Sequence record: PV400809.1
DNA length: 64,000 nucleotides
Reading direction: 5' to 3' (one strand)
Shown: one piece after another, positions 1 to 9,427 of the stretch
Layout of the letters: every line of letters begins with the position of its first letter
Position numbering within the stretch: the stretch's first letter is position 1
Notes under the pieces: model-generated
What the model was told of the DNA's origin: nothing
The model's database searches: none
Seen by the model: only the letters and a program-made list of their open reading frames with translations
Position numbers and translations under genes: made by a program

Positions 1-14
1 ATCAACATGGCTGG

Positions 15-2357
15 GTGACGTTGGATACGGGCCACCTGTGGATCTATATTGCAGACCGTACGGATTGGGTTGATGTCGGTCAGTATAAAGGCAAGGACGG
101 CAAGGACGGTACTGACGGTAAGAGTATCGTGGTGAAAGGGGCGGTAGACCTGGCTAGTGAACTCCCGAGTAACGCGGTCGAACAGGATGTCTGGTCGGTT
201 CGCGCGGACAATACAGTCCGTATGTGGATTGAGAATAACTGGGTAATTCTGGGTAAATTCAAGGGAGAGGATGGTAAGAACGGTGTTGACGGTCGTAACC
301 TGATCGTTAAAGACACTGTAGCGACCATAGATGACCTCCCCAACCCCGGTGTAGAACAGGATGTTTATTCGGTTCAGGATGAGAATACCCTGTACATCTA
401 CCTGAACAGCGCATGGCGGAAGCTGGGGGGGTTTAAAGGGGATAAGGGTGATGCAGGACCGGGTGGTCTGAACAGTGTTCAGGTCTGGTTGAATAAACCC
501 GAGAACCAAGGTAAGACGGAAGATGATTACTGGGCGGCCATGAAAGGCGAACCCGGTGAGAACCTGAATGTCTTGGGGACTGTAGGGACCCGTGCTGATC
601 TGGACAACTTACCCAACCCTCCGACTAACCAAGATGGGTATGTGACACGAGACACCCTTCGGTTGTACGTATGGAGTGCAGCGAGTTCGACCTGGTTGGA
701 CCTGGGTCCCTTTAAAGGGGAAGACGGTATCAATGGCCAGTCCACGTACGAACTCTGGATTTCCAAAGGGAACACCGGCAGTGAAGAGGAGTTCCTAGCC
801 AGCCTCCATGGTCGTGACGGCACCAACATTGTTCTTCGGGGTGTGGTTGACACAGTAGCGGATCTTCCTGCGGATCCTGAAGATCAATGGGTCTATGCGG
901 TTCGTGATGAAAACGCGATCTATGGATTCATTTCGAATGCGTGGGCGAATCTGGGTGTCTTTAAAGGGAAGGATGGTGAGGACGGTAAGGATGGCCTGAA
1001 TGGCAAGTCCTTGGACATCATTAAAGTCCTGACACCTGCGGATGCAGATCCTCCTCCGATTAACGAGGAAACTCAAGGTAAAGCCTACGTTGACCTGAAT
1101 AAAGACCTCTGGGTGAATACTGGAACTCGTTGGGATAACGTGGGTCCGGTCTCCATGCCAGGAAGTGATGGCGCTCCCGGTGCTGGGTTGAACATGGTGG
1201 ATGTAGTACCCACCTTGGCAGAACTGCCTGCGCCAGGTGGTTATAAGCAAGGTGACGCTATCCTCGTTCTGGAGAATCATTTAACGTATTTCGTGAATGA
1301 TGAGGGCGAGTGGAGTCCTGGGTTTGATTTCCGGGGTGAACCGGGTAAGGACGGGGAACGGGGTGAACAAGGTCCCGAAGGTCCTACGGTGCCCATTAAA
1401 GGGGATTATGCGAACCTGGCAGCTTTACAAGCGGCTATTCCTGCGGGGGTTGCGGGGGATGCGTATTACCTGGCGGAGTCCAACACTCTAGCCATCTGGA
1501 GTACGTCGACTAACGCCTGGCGTGAAACCGGTGAATGGCGCGGTCAAACCGGTAAGACCGGGGGTGACGGTCCTCCCGGACCTCAAGGGAAACCCGGTAT
1601 TCAGGGTGAGCAAGGCAGCCGGTGGCTTACGTTGCCGCCGGGTGTAGACGCACCTTCGGATGCCTTCAGTGGTCGAGTCGGTGACTGGGCAGTCTCTGAG
1701 ACCTTCAATGTGTTCTACAAGACCGTTGATCGGGGTTGGGTCCTGTGGGGGCGTTTGGTGGCGGGTGATGTCAATTCCCCCATGGAGTCTGAAGGCCGGG
1801 TTGTCCGGTTGGGTAACCGTTGGGTCCCCCTCCCTATTGGTCCCGTACCGAATGCGGTTCCAGGGTCGTATTACGCCCAGGCTGTCAATGCAGAAGGTGA
1901 CGGTACCGAATGGAAAGCTATTGAGTTTCCGAAGGGTATTGAAGACCTCCAAGCCAAGGATGGTAAACAGTACGTTCGGGTCTTCCGTGCCGGTACGGAT
2001 ATTCCTGAATGGAAGGAGTTGGATCTCACCTTTGACCGCTATGATTTGCCGATTAAGGTCTTTACGACCAGTGGGGAAATCAATCCGTTGGTGGATCAGT
2101 ACATCCAGATCAATAACACCGCGGCGGGGGGTAAGCAAATGGTGATTGCTGATGGACCTAAAGCCCCAGTACGGGGAATGGTCTTGACGGTTAATGTCAC
2201 CGGTGGAGCGGGTGTTGTGACCTTCTCCGGTAAAGGTGCAACACCCTTGGTGTGGCATAACGGAACTCCCCCTTCTGTCAGTGGATCTGAACTGGTCTAC
2301 GTCTTTACCTGGAATGGAACCAAGTGGATTGGTGCGTTGGGGGCTGTTGTTCCTTAA
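15..2357 (+). CDS. Collagen-like long tail fibre protein (5'-truncated by window edge)
   Basis: Frame is open to the window start (QHGWVTLD...). About 10 repeated ~45-50 aa modules (…V.G.V.T..DLP…Q.D.Y.V…L.IW….W..LG.FKG) separated by Gly-X-Y stretches; YELWISKGNTGSEEEFLASL motif typical of phage collagen-like fibres. Confidence 0.8.
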   Translation: MTLDTGHLWIYIADRTDWVDVGQYKGKDGKDGTDGKSIVVKGAVDLASELPSNAVEQDVWSVRADNTVRMWIENNWVILGKFKGEDGKNGVDGRNLIVKDTVATIDDLPNPGVEQDVYSVQDENTLYIYLNSAWRKLGGFKGDKGDAGPGGLNSVQVWLNKPENQGKTEDDYWAAMKGEPGENLNVLGTVGTRADLDNLPNPPTNQDGYVTRDTLRLYVWSAASSTWLDLGPFKGEDGINGQSTYELWISKGNTGSEEEFLASLHGRDGTNIVLRGVVDTVADLPADPEDQWVYAVRDENAIYGFISNAWANLGVFKGKDGEDGKDGLNGKSLDIIKVLTPADADPPPINEETQGKAYVDLNKDLWVNTGTRWDNVGPVSMPGSDGAPGAGLNMVDVVPTLAELPAPGGYKQGDAILVLENHLTYFVNDEGEWSPGFDFRGEPGKDGERGEQGPEGPTVPIKGDYANLAALQAAIPAGVAGDAYYLAESNTLAIWSTSTNAWRETGEWRGQTGKTGGDGPPGPQGKPGIQGEQGSRWLTLPPGVDAPSDAFSGRVGDWAVSETFNVFYKTVDRGWVLWGRLVAGDVNSPMESEGRVVRLGNRWVPLPIGPVPNAVPGSYYAQAVNAEGDGTEWKAIEFPKGIEDLQAKDGKQYVRVFRAGTDIPEWKELDLTFDRYDLPIKVFTTSGEINPLVDQYIQINNTAAGGKQMVIADGPKAPVRGMVLTVNVTGGAGVVTFSGKGATPLVWHNGTPPSVSGSELVYVFTWNGTKWIGALGAVVP

Positions 2358-2367
2358 CAGTATGACT

Positions 2368-2405
2368 ACCAGGGGGGTCTACGGGGCCTCCCTGGTATTC
2401 TTTTT
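2368..2405 (+). terminator. Intrinsic terminator after tail fibre
   Basis: ACCAGGGGG…CCTCCCTGGT stem followed by ATTCTTTTT. Confidence 0.6.
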
Positions 2406-2420
2406 GGGGTATAAGTCATC

Positions 2421-3923
2421 ATGATAGAAGCGTTACTCTTTACATCGACCGCGAATGCCTTTCCGGACGATCCTTATCCGGGGCCTTCTAAATTGAAAGC
2501 GGGTAGTCTTGCCCAAGGATGGTACGGGATCACTCCTGCAACGGAATTGTTTGGTTACGAGGATTTAGCGAAACTCACTGGGATTGCCTTTGGTAAAGTG
2601 ATCAATGAAGGCAAACCGTGGTTGAAGTTTTCGAACCACAATGAAACCTGTTACATTCCTCAAATGCCGATCCGGAATAATGTTCGGCGTATTCTGTTGA
2701 CCCAAGCCGGTCTACGGACAGGGAGCTATGAGCTCCGGTACCGAGGGGTTATTTACACCGTGGGTCTCTTGACCATGGGGAGTGATGGCAATACAGCAAC
2801 GTCTGAATGGGACCGGTTGTTGTATAACGTCCATGTATCAGATCCCAATGGATTCAACTGGCCCACTCGGTTCACGGATGCAGAACTGGGGATGAATCAA
2901 GCGGCCAGCGGGGGTAATACTAACGGGAATACCAACTGGGGTAAAGACATTACGGGTAATGAACCCGGTACCACTCAAGCGTATCGGGGGTGGTACACCA
3001 TTAGGAATGTCACGTACTCTGCCAGTGATTCTGAAGTCCCTACCCAGGGATGGCGACCTATTCTGTATGCCAAGGGGACGTACCCGTTTATTGAAGGTCA
3101 GAGTGAAGCGATGGTTAACTGGCCGGGTTCATTGTTATTCAATACCGGACGGGGATGTGTCCATGGAAACCATATCTACTACTACGGTGGGGTAGAGACC
3201 GCTACCAAAGAGTTCCGTCGGGTTAACTTTGAAACCCGGGTACTTGAAACCCTGAGTCCAACAGGGCCTACCAATCCCCCCCGGAAGAACTCCATCCTGG
3301 TTTCTGATGGTAAGGATGTTCTTTACTTCCTAGGAGGCGCTGCGAATGATGCGTACGGGTATAATCCCACTACGAACATCGTCACCCGTTTACCCAATAT
3401 GCCCCTGACTCCGCTGACAGGTGGAGCGGTTTATCTCAATGGGAAGGTGTACATCTGCGGGGTACAGTCAGGAACCCCCACCACGAATAAAGGCTTCTTG
3501 ATTGCGTACGATCCTGTTGCCAATACCCACACCGTCCTTAAGGCCTTCGCTGAGAGTGGAGATTGTTCTGACTTTACGGTAATGGTTTATCAAGGGAAGG
3601 TGAGTGTTATTGGTGGGGTAGTGGCGGGGGCGAACAACCCTGGGATGTACCAGTATAACCCGGCTACGAACACCTGGACAACGGTGACTCTTCCTGGTAT
3701 CCCAGTTGGTGCAGCCTTTGTGCTGGGGAATAATGGGGAACTCTACGCGATTGCGGGGAGTGTTAATGATCAACCAATTCAGTATTTTGAACCTCGGTTG
3801 AACAAGTGGGTGCTATTGGGAAGTTTGGGCTCGGGTGTTGCTACGAGTGCGTGGGGGGTGAACTACAACCAAGCCCTCTACCTCTTTGGCGGTTCCCAAG
3901 GGTATCGGATTAAAATCACGTAA
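2421..3923 (+). CDS. Virion tail-associated protein: phiKZ-like paralogous N-terminal domain fused to a Kelch beta-propeller
   Basis: N-terminal PGPSKLKAG…GWYG…WLKF…PIR pattern recalled from phiKZ-family tail paralogs; C-terminal GG…Y.P.TN.W Kelch blades. Confidence 0.7.
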   Translation: MIEALLFTSTANAFPDDPYPGPSKLKAGSLAQGWYGITPATELFGYEDLAKLTGIAFGKVINEGKPWLKFSNHNETCYIPQMPIRNNVRRILLTQAGLRTGSYELRYRGVIYTVGLLTMGSDGNTATSEWDRLLYNVHVSDPNGFNWPTRFTDAELGMNQAASGGNTNGNTNWGKDITGNEPGTTQAYRGWYTIRNVTYSASDSEVPTQGWRPILYAKGTYPFIEGQSEAMVNWPGSLLFNTGRGCVHGNHIYYYGGVETATKEFRRVNFETRVLETLSPTGPTNPPRKNSILVSDGKDVLYFLGGAANDAYGYNPTTNIVTRLPNMPLTPLTGGAVYLNGKVYICGVQSGTPTTNKGFLIAYDPVANTHTVLKAFAESGDCSDFTVMVYQGKVSVIGGVVAGANNPGMYQYNPATNTWTTVTLPGIPVGAAFVLGNNGELYAIAGSVNDQPIQYFEPRLNKWVLLGSLGSGVATSAWGVNYNQALYLFGGSQGYRIKIT

Positions 3924-4606
3924 TGAGGAGAATGAGTATGGATAAGGTAACCGTGGTATATGAAAGCACCGCCTTGATTGATACGCGTACGGGGGAGTAT
4001 CCTCTTTACATTGAGGATGTTCGGAAGAAGTTCCCTGACTGGCCCATTCCCAGTAAACTGCAAGCCAGTGCCTTGGAAGGAGAACCCTTCCTGATGGCTG
4101 TCGTTCAACTGACCCAGCCACCCGCCGGGGATGTACCGGTTGAACTCCCCCCTAAACAGATTGATGGGTATTGGACCCAGCAGTGGACTACTCGGGACTT
4201 TACCCCTGAGGAAGTCGCAGAACGCCTCCGATCCGCTAAGGACATTCGTAAGAATGAAATCCAGAATGTGATTGCGGCGGCTTTCTACACAGGCATGGAA
4301 GTGCGATTCGGGGAGACGGTCCACACCCTCTTGATCGAATCCACCCACCGAATCCATTTGACGGCCTTGAGTATTCAGGCGAAAGAAGCATTGAGTGAAG
4401 AGAAACCCTTCTCCGCTTCTATTCGTACCAAGGAAGGTGTAACGCTTTCCCTGACCGCTCAAGAAACCATTGACTTGTCCAATGAAGTGACTTCTCGTAT
4501 CCAGGAAGGACTGGAAACGATATGGTCCCTTATGGATAGAGCTGAAGCAGCCACCACCGCAGAGGAACTCCCTCCCGTTCCGGGTCCTTTGTTTGTGTTG
4601 AACTGA
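3923..4606 (+). CDS. Tail fibre assembly/chaperone-like protein (DUF4376-like C-terminus)
   Basis: TGEYP…R; WTQQWTTRDFTPEE followed by a helical C-terminus ending AATTAEELPPVP; lies among tail fibre genes. Confidence 0.6.
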   Translation: MRRMSMDKVTVVYESTALIDTRTGEYPLYIEDVRKKFPDWPIPSKLQASALEGEPFLMAVVQLTQPPAGDVPVELPPKQIDGYWTQQWTTRDFTPEEVAERLRSAKDIRKNEIQNVIAAAFYTGMEVRFGETVHTLLIESTHRIHLTALSIQAKEALSEEKPFSASIRTKEGVTLSLTAQETIDLSNEVTSRIQEGLETIWSLMDRAEAATTAEELPPVPGPLFVLN

Positions 4607-4651
4607 AATCAGTAAGAGAGGGTGTTAATCCCTCTCTTTAGGAGCGGCTAC

Positions 4652-5578
4652 ATGTTAGAAAGTCAACTATTTACCCTTTCTGATGATAACCCCTACATTC
4701 TGGGACGAATGGAATGGGTGACTCAAGTTCCTTTCAACGGTATTGCTAACTTCAGTGCGGGTATCGGTGGAGGGAAGATTCATATCTTCGGAGGTCAGTT
4801 TGCCGGTGGGGGTCAACAACAGACGTATACCCGTTATGACTTTACCACCCGTACGTGGGCCACTAGCGGGAATATCTCCGTATGGGCCTGGAGTGGCGGG
4901 TGTTACTGCAACAGTTCCTTCTGGGGTATTACGGGTAATAATGGGAACTACGTGAGTCACGTGTGGAAATTGAATCCTTCAACAGGGTCTTCAACGAACT
5001 TGAATAATCTCCCGGATGGAGCCCGGGGACAAGGTCGGTGTATTACTCTGGATGATAAGACGATCTTCTGCATGGGGGGTTACATGGGGAGTACCAATAA
5101 ACCCACAGCCCTCAACCACCAGTATGACACCACCACCAACGTCTGGACCCGTAAAGCGGATATGCCGATGGCGCTCAATGGGCATTACATCGGACAGTTC
5201 AATGGAAAGATCTATGTATTCGGGGGATGGAACGACCCCGCGGGTACGTCAAGACTGGTCAGGGAATACGATCCCGTTACCAACACCTGGAGAACGGTAA
5301 CAGAAGCACCTATTGCCAGTAGTTGGACTGGGGGGACTTCGTGGAAACAGTTTCTGATTCTCTGTGGTGTTGAAAACGGTTACATCGTGTTCCATATTTA
5401 CGACATACTGAAAGACCGTTGGTACAAGCAAATGACCACGGTAACTAAACGGTATGCCTTTGAGATGCTCACGGATGACAGCGGGATTTACCTGGTAGGG
5501 GGTGTTAATTCTTCCACCATTGGATCAGGAGATTACTACCAAGCAGGACGCTACCGAGATATCTACCGTTTCTTTTGA
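4652..5578 (+). CDS. Kelch-repeat beta-propeller protein, probably tail-associated
   Basis: Six Kelch-like blades (IHIFGG, IFCMGG, IYVFGG, IYLVGG; YDxxTxxW); AGGAG RBS upstream of ATG 4652. Confidence 0.8.
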   Translation: MLESQLFTLSDDNPYILGRMEWVTQVPFNGIANFSAGIGGGKIHIFGGQFAGGGQQQTYTRYDFTTRTWATSGNISVWAWSGGCYCNSSFWGITGNNGNYVSHVWKLNPSTGSSTNLNNLPDGARGQGRCITLDDKTIFCMGGYMGSTNKPTALNHQYDTTTNVWTRKADMPMALNGHYIGQFNGKIYVFGGWNDPAGTSRLVREYDPVTNTWRTVTEAPIASSWTGGTSWKQFLILCGVENGYIVFHIYDILKDRWYKQMTTVTKRYAFEMLTDDSGIYLVGGVNSSTIGSGDYYQAGRYRDIYRFF

Positions 5579-5598
5579 AACAAAAATAAAATACACCC

Positions 5599-5628
5599 CT
5601 AGGAGTAGCCCTTATGGGCTACTCCTAG
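5599..5628. terminator. Bidirectional terminator between convergent genes
   Basis: CTAGGAGTAGCCC-TTAT-GGGCTACTCCTAG 13-bp stem with an A-tract on the left and TTT on the right. Confidence 0.75.
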
Positions 5629-5636
5629 TGCGGTGT

Positions 5637-6137
5637 TTATTCCATTAACAAAACCGTGTAGATCTCTCCTCTGTCAATTTCCTTAAACCCAACTTTCCGG
5701 TAGAAGTTGATACCAGCTGTATTCTGGGTAAAGCATTGAACGTAGAGGAACCGGTTCACAGGATGTCCACCCCGTTGTAACTTGGACACCATAATCCGCC
5801 CTAAGCCTAGCTTCCGGAAGTCTTCTTCAACAAAGAGTGAGGTGATCTTGTTCTTAACCACCGCCAGATATCCCACGGCTTCTCCCAAGTGAGTAACGAG
5901 TACTATCTTGTCGGTTATTTTGAAGAAGTCTTCGTACCGTTTCTCAATAACGGAGGGGTGGGGATTTTTACGGGCGGAGGGTTTAAACAGCTTACGGGTT
6001 GTTTTAGTACCAATGACGAGATGGAGTTCGTGGTGAAAGAGGTTTTCATACAGTGGTTTGAGTCTCTCCTTTAAATCGTCTGTAAAGGCACTTCTAGCGA
6101 TAATTCTGATCTGGTAATGGGGTAGGGTACCTTTCAT
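5637..6137 (-). CDS. GNAT family N-acetyltransferase
   Basis: Motif A LFVEEDFRKLGLG and motif B NTAGINFYRKVGF. Confidence 0.85.
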   Translation of the reverse strand: MKGTLPHYQIRIIARSAFTDDLKERLKPLYENLFHHELHLVIGTKTTRKLFKPSARKNPHPSVIEKRYEDFFKITDKIVLVTHLGEAVGYLAVVKNKITSLFVEEDFRKLGLGRIMVSKLQRGGHPVNRFLYVQCFTQNTAGINFYRKVGFKEIDRGEIYTVLLME

Positions 6138-6220
6138 GTTAAAAACTCTTTAAAGGGTGTTACAGCGCGTTACAGCATAGGTAGAGGTAGGGGTGTTACC
6201 CCCCACCTCGTACTCACAGA

Positions 6221-7084
6221 CTATTTCGAGAACTTTTCCAACAGACGCTGGGTGTTGACTGACAGGTCAGATGTCTTTTGTTTGTGAGCGACATGTCGGG
6301 TTTCTTTCTTCTGGAGGTTATACCCCCGGGAGATTTGTTTACCCGGGAACTGGGAAATGTCCAACGGGAAGACAAACCCATTGCAGGCAATGAGATTCTT
6401 GTTAGGTCCCCTAGGATCCCAGTACAGCGCAACGCGAACACTGTCTTCATGAATGTGAGTGATCGTGAATTCCAGACGAACCATTTCCGGGAAGACCGCT
6501 TTAAACAGCTTGTAGAAGAAGTCCGGAAGGTGTTTAGCGGTGTTCTCGAAGAGCCCTCGACCTTTGCTGAGGTTGCTGGCGTACAGGGCGACTACCGCAT
6601 CCTGAACCGACAACGACACCTTATCGATGATAAACGAGAAGGCAACGTCTTCACGGATCACCAAATAAGACGTATGGGTAGCGGTTCCCACGATGACGAT
6701 TTTGAAGGCCCCACCCTCCCGTTCGCTGATAACCGCATAGAGGATAATACCAGCGTCCAACTCAATGCTGCGACGAGGAGCGTCTTTCTCTTCCTTGGTG
6801 TGGGGAAGACCGGTGGCGATGTTGATCACCAACGTACGGGGATCGGGTGACGAACTGTAGGCCTTACACAACCCGTAGGTTTCCAGGGTGTGGTAGAACG
6901 CTTTCTGGCCTTCGGTCAGACGGTGATGAACTTGGAGGACCAGTTGGTCAGGGTTCTCGATCGTATCCGGTCCCATGAGGTTTACCGGGAGGAATTTCGA
7001 TTTACCGGGATGCGTCTTAGAAGACACTACCCGAACATCACCACCTTGGAAACTGTTGGTCTTCTTCTGGTTTTCTTCTTTCAT
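6221..7084 (-). CDS. Hypothetical protein
   Basis: 287-aa ORF in the minus-strand gene run; no recognised motif. Confidence 0.65.
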   Translation of the reverse strand: MKEENQKKTNSFQGGDVRVVSSKTHPGKSKFLPVNLMGPDTIENPDQLVLQVHHRLTEGQKAFYHTLETYGLCKAYSSSPDPRTLVINIATGLPHTKEEKDAPRRSIELDAGIILYAVISEREGGAFKIVIVGTATHTSYLVIREDVAFSFIIDKVSLSVQDAVVALYASNLSKGRGLFENTAKHLPDFFYKLFKAVFPEMVRLEFTITHIHEDSVRVALYWDPRGPNKNLIACNGFVFPLDISQFPGKQISRGYNLQKKETRHVAHKQKTSDLSVNTQRLLEKFSK

Positions 7085-7096
7085 GATGTAATCCTC

Positions 7097-7675
7097 TTAC
7101 TTTCGGATGAGACGAACCACTGCATCAATGGGATGCCATTGAATCGGAACACTGTGGTCTTTAGCATTATCCAAGGTCGTTGTTACGATCAACCGACCGG
7201 GTTTTTCAGGCTTCCATTCCAGAGACGCAATATACCCTTCCCCTTTCCATTCACCTTCAACAGAAATCACTCTGGGGACTAAGGATTCGTTCAAGAGCTC
7301 CATGAGATGGGGATACGCCACACTGTGCAGGTAGATAGCCTCCCGGGTACCGGTCATCCAGAGCCCTTTAAACAGGTTAAACCATATCTCCCGGTACGCT
7401 GTACTGGGTAAAGGAACCTGAATAGTCCTCCGTCTTCCCTGGGTGGGGAAGAAGTAATACCGGCTCGCCTCCCGGTCACTGATCCCCACCAACCACCCCT
7501 CAGGCAGTTTAACGGACGAATAATACCGGATCGCGTATTGGAGCTTGTGGCGTACTAAGTGACACCGTTTCTTGTGGGACTTTTCCAAATGACCAATGAA
7601 GAAAGAACCATCGTTGGGATCGATGTACAATCGACTGGACAAGAGACCCACAGGTTGGTCTGAGGTATTCAGCAT
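7097..7675 (-). CDS. Hypothetical protein
   Basis: 192-aa ORF with upstream GAGG. Confidence 0.6.
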   Translation of the reverse strand: MLNTSDQPVGLLSSRLYIDPNDGSFFIGHLEKSHKKRCHLVRHKLQYAIRYYSSVKLPEGWLVGISDREASRYYFFPTQGRRRTIQVPLPSTAYREIWFNLFKGLWMTGTREAIYLHSVAYPHLMELLNESLVPRVISVEGEWKGEGYIASLEWKPEKPGRLIVTTTLDNAKDHSVPIQWHPIDAVVRLIRK

Positions 7676-7704
7676 GGGATTGATTCCCTCGGTAAGGTTA
7701 CCGT

Positions 7705-8589
7705 TTAATGGCAGAACGAGTGATAAGGTACCAGGGTGGTACGATCTTTCTCACCGACGAACCAGTACTTATCTGTAGGTTTGAGTTTAACGGTACCGAA
7801 TTCTCCCCGGTCATAGTTCATCCGCCACCAGTTCCCTTTACTCGCATCGAATCCCAGGATAATGATTTTATCCCCAGGGAGTTTGACTTCGGTGACTTCT
7901 TCGACTGTACTCTCATCCACGAGGTGGTAACCCAGAATCGATTGATACGCGTAGCGGTAGTACCGCTTACCGGTAATTTCAAAATCCCCGTAAGGGACTT
8001 TGCACTCCGCAACTACGGTATAGCGACCGGTGAGCATTTGTTTCTGGACGAACATCCACCCCCCATAGAGACCACTTCCCACAACCGCCAAGAGCCCAAC
8101 AACAATGGACCACAGTCGAATACGTTTCTTACGGTTATATTCCCGTACTCGCTTCAGCGCTGCCAATGCGCGTTCTGCGGCGTCTACGGTGTCTTCTTGG
8201 GTGAGTTCAGCCTTCTTACGAACCACCATCTCCAACAGGCCTTCTACCTGCTTGGTCTTCGGTTTAGTACCCAGGGTATTTCCTTTCAGGACATTCTCTT
8301 CATGTTCCTGGGTTACCGAAGTCTTCAAGGATTCCACTAATCGGTCCTCTTCCTGTTTGAGAGCGGCTTTCCACTCGATGTATTCAGGGGTTCCCTTCTT
8401 CGGCTGAAGGGCGGGGTGAGAATAGCGGTTGAGGATGTCCGACGTACCTGGATGTTGTATGACGTCCTCTTTGGACACCGGAGTTACGTCTTCCCCTGCG
8501 TTGTCCAGTTCATTGAGTGCCTTATCCAAGTCTTCATCAGAGATAGACGTAAGACCTTGTTTATCAGGATTGTTCTCATTCTTCGGCAT
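7705..8589 (-). CDS. Single-pass membrane protein
   Basis: Acidic/coiled-coil N-terminus, basic RKKRIR stretch, TM helix LWSIVVGLLAVVGSGLYGGWMFV, beta-rich C-terminal domain. Confidence 0.7.
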   Translation of the reverse strand: MPKNENNPDKQGLTSISDEDLDKALNELDNAGEDVTPVSKEDVIQHPGTSDILNRYSHPALQPKKGTPEYIEWKAALKQEEDRLVESLKTSVTQEHEENVLKGNTLGTKPKTKQVEGLLEMVVRKKAELTQEDTVDAAERALAALKRVREYNRKKRIRLWSIVVGLLAVVGSGLYGGWMFVQKQMLTGRYTVVAECKVPYGDFEITGKRYYRYAYQSILGYHLVDESTVEEVTEVKLPGDKIIILGFDASKGNWWRMNYDRGEFGTVKLKPTDKYWFVGEKDRTTLVPYHSFCH

Positions 8590-8689
8590 GGTTATTACCT
8601 TTTTGGGTTGGTGTATTGAAAAATTTAAAGCGGTAATAACCCCTACCCCGCTCCACCGGAGCGTTAAGCCCAGTGGAGCAGGTAGAGGA

Positions 8690-9271
8690 TCAAAGTCCCA
8701 CCCGAGTGAGTAGGAAGGGGACTGAAGTGTTCATCCCAGTCCGGAGATCTTGGTAATTCACCAAACCGAACAAAGGATGAGGCGTTTTGAAGGTAATCCC
8801 TACGTTGTAAGGATGGCCGTCTACGGTCACGTCAATACCGGGGGTGCGCATGGGACGGAGAATACTCAGGATCGTTTTGGGATAATCGCGTTCCAGAAAC
8901 TCGTCCTGCAATTTGTATACCGTTTCCGACACAGTAATACCCAACCGTACGTAGTAGTACGGGATGTTGTTATTCCGGTTGAACGCGAAGACCGCTTCTT
9001 CGCCGTACGCTTCAATATCTCGGTTATTCAGAATTCTGCCCGATACAAAGTTGGGGGTCTTAACGATGTTGTCGAGCAGATCGAGCGCGTAAATAAACTC
9101 TTTGATCAACTGGGGGTCGAGGCCAAGTTTGTCAAACGTTTTCACAAACGCGGGATTAAAGGCATCCCGGATCTCGTGCAGAGGAAGATCATCGTCTTCC
9201 TTGCCGGGGGACGTAGAAAAGTTACCCCTTTTAGCAGTACTCATACTCATGGTGAATATTCCTAATGACAT
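8690..9271 (-). CDS. Hypothetical protein
   Basis: 193-aa ORF downstream of a promoter-like motif at 9338-9348. Confidence 0.65.
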   Translation of the reverse strand: MSLGIFTMSMSTAKRGNFSTSPGKEDDDLPLHEIRDAFNPAFVKTFDKLGLDPQLIKEFIYALDLLDNIVKTPNFVSGRILNNRDIEAYGEEAVFAFNRNNNIPYYYVRLGITVSETVYKLQDEFLERDYPKTILSILRPMRTPGIDVTVDGHPYNVGITFKTPHPLFGLVNYQDLRTGMNTSVPFLLTRVGL

Positions 9272-9388
9272 TTAAAGCACCAGTTGCAAGAGAATTCATT
9301 CATCCGTGAACTTTTATTGCCCCTGGCTCACACTGATGATGTAGATTTGAAATTCACTGGAATTGAAATGAGGTACGAAGGAGAGGTA

Positions 9389-9420
9389 AACTACCCAGTG
9401 GGCTAGCCCACTGGGTAGTT
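9389..9420 (-). terminator. Perfect 32-bp palindrome, probable terminator
   Basis: AACTACCCAGTGGGCTAGCCCACTGGGTAGTT directly after the stop of 9428..10063. Confidence 0.6.
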
Positions 9421-9427
9421 ATCTGGC

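Noticed and set aside
15-1620. Repeats as a CRISPR array or DGR template/variable repeats
   Set aside because: They are degenerate in-frame protein repeats, not identical DNA repeats with unique spacers; no cas or reverse transcriptase gene in the window
1488-2258. 256-aa minus-strand ORF and other shadows over the tail fibre
   Set aside because: Opposite a well-supported gene
6158-6178. GTTACAGC direct repeat upstream of the GNAT gene
   Set aside because: Only two 8-mers, not found at other promoters; could be chance
7771-7785. Promoter-like TGTAGGTTT
   Set aside because: Inside a coding sequence and lacks the ATTA half of the motif
8640-8690. Long imperfect hairpin upstream of the membrane-protein gene
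   Set aside because: Adequately explained as the terminator of the upstream gene
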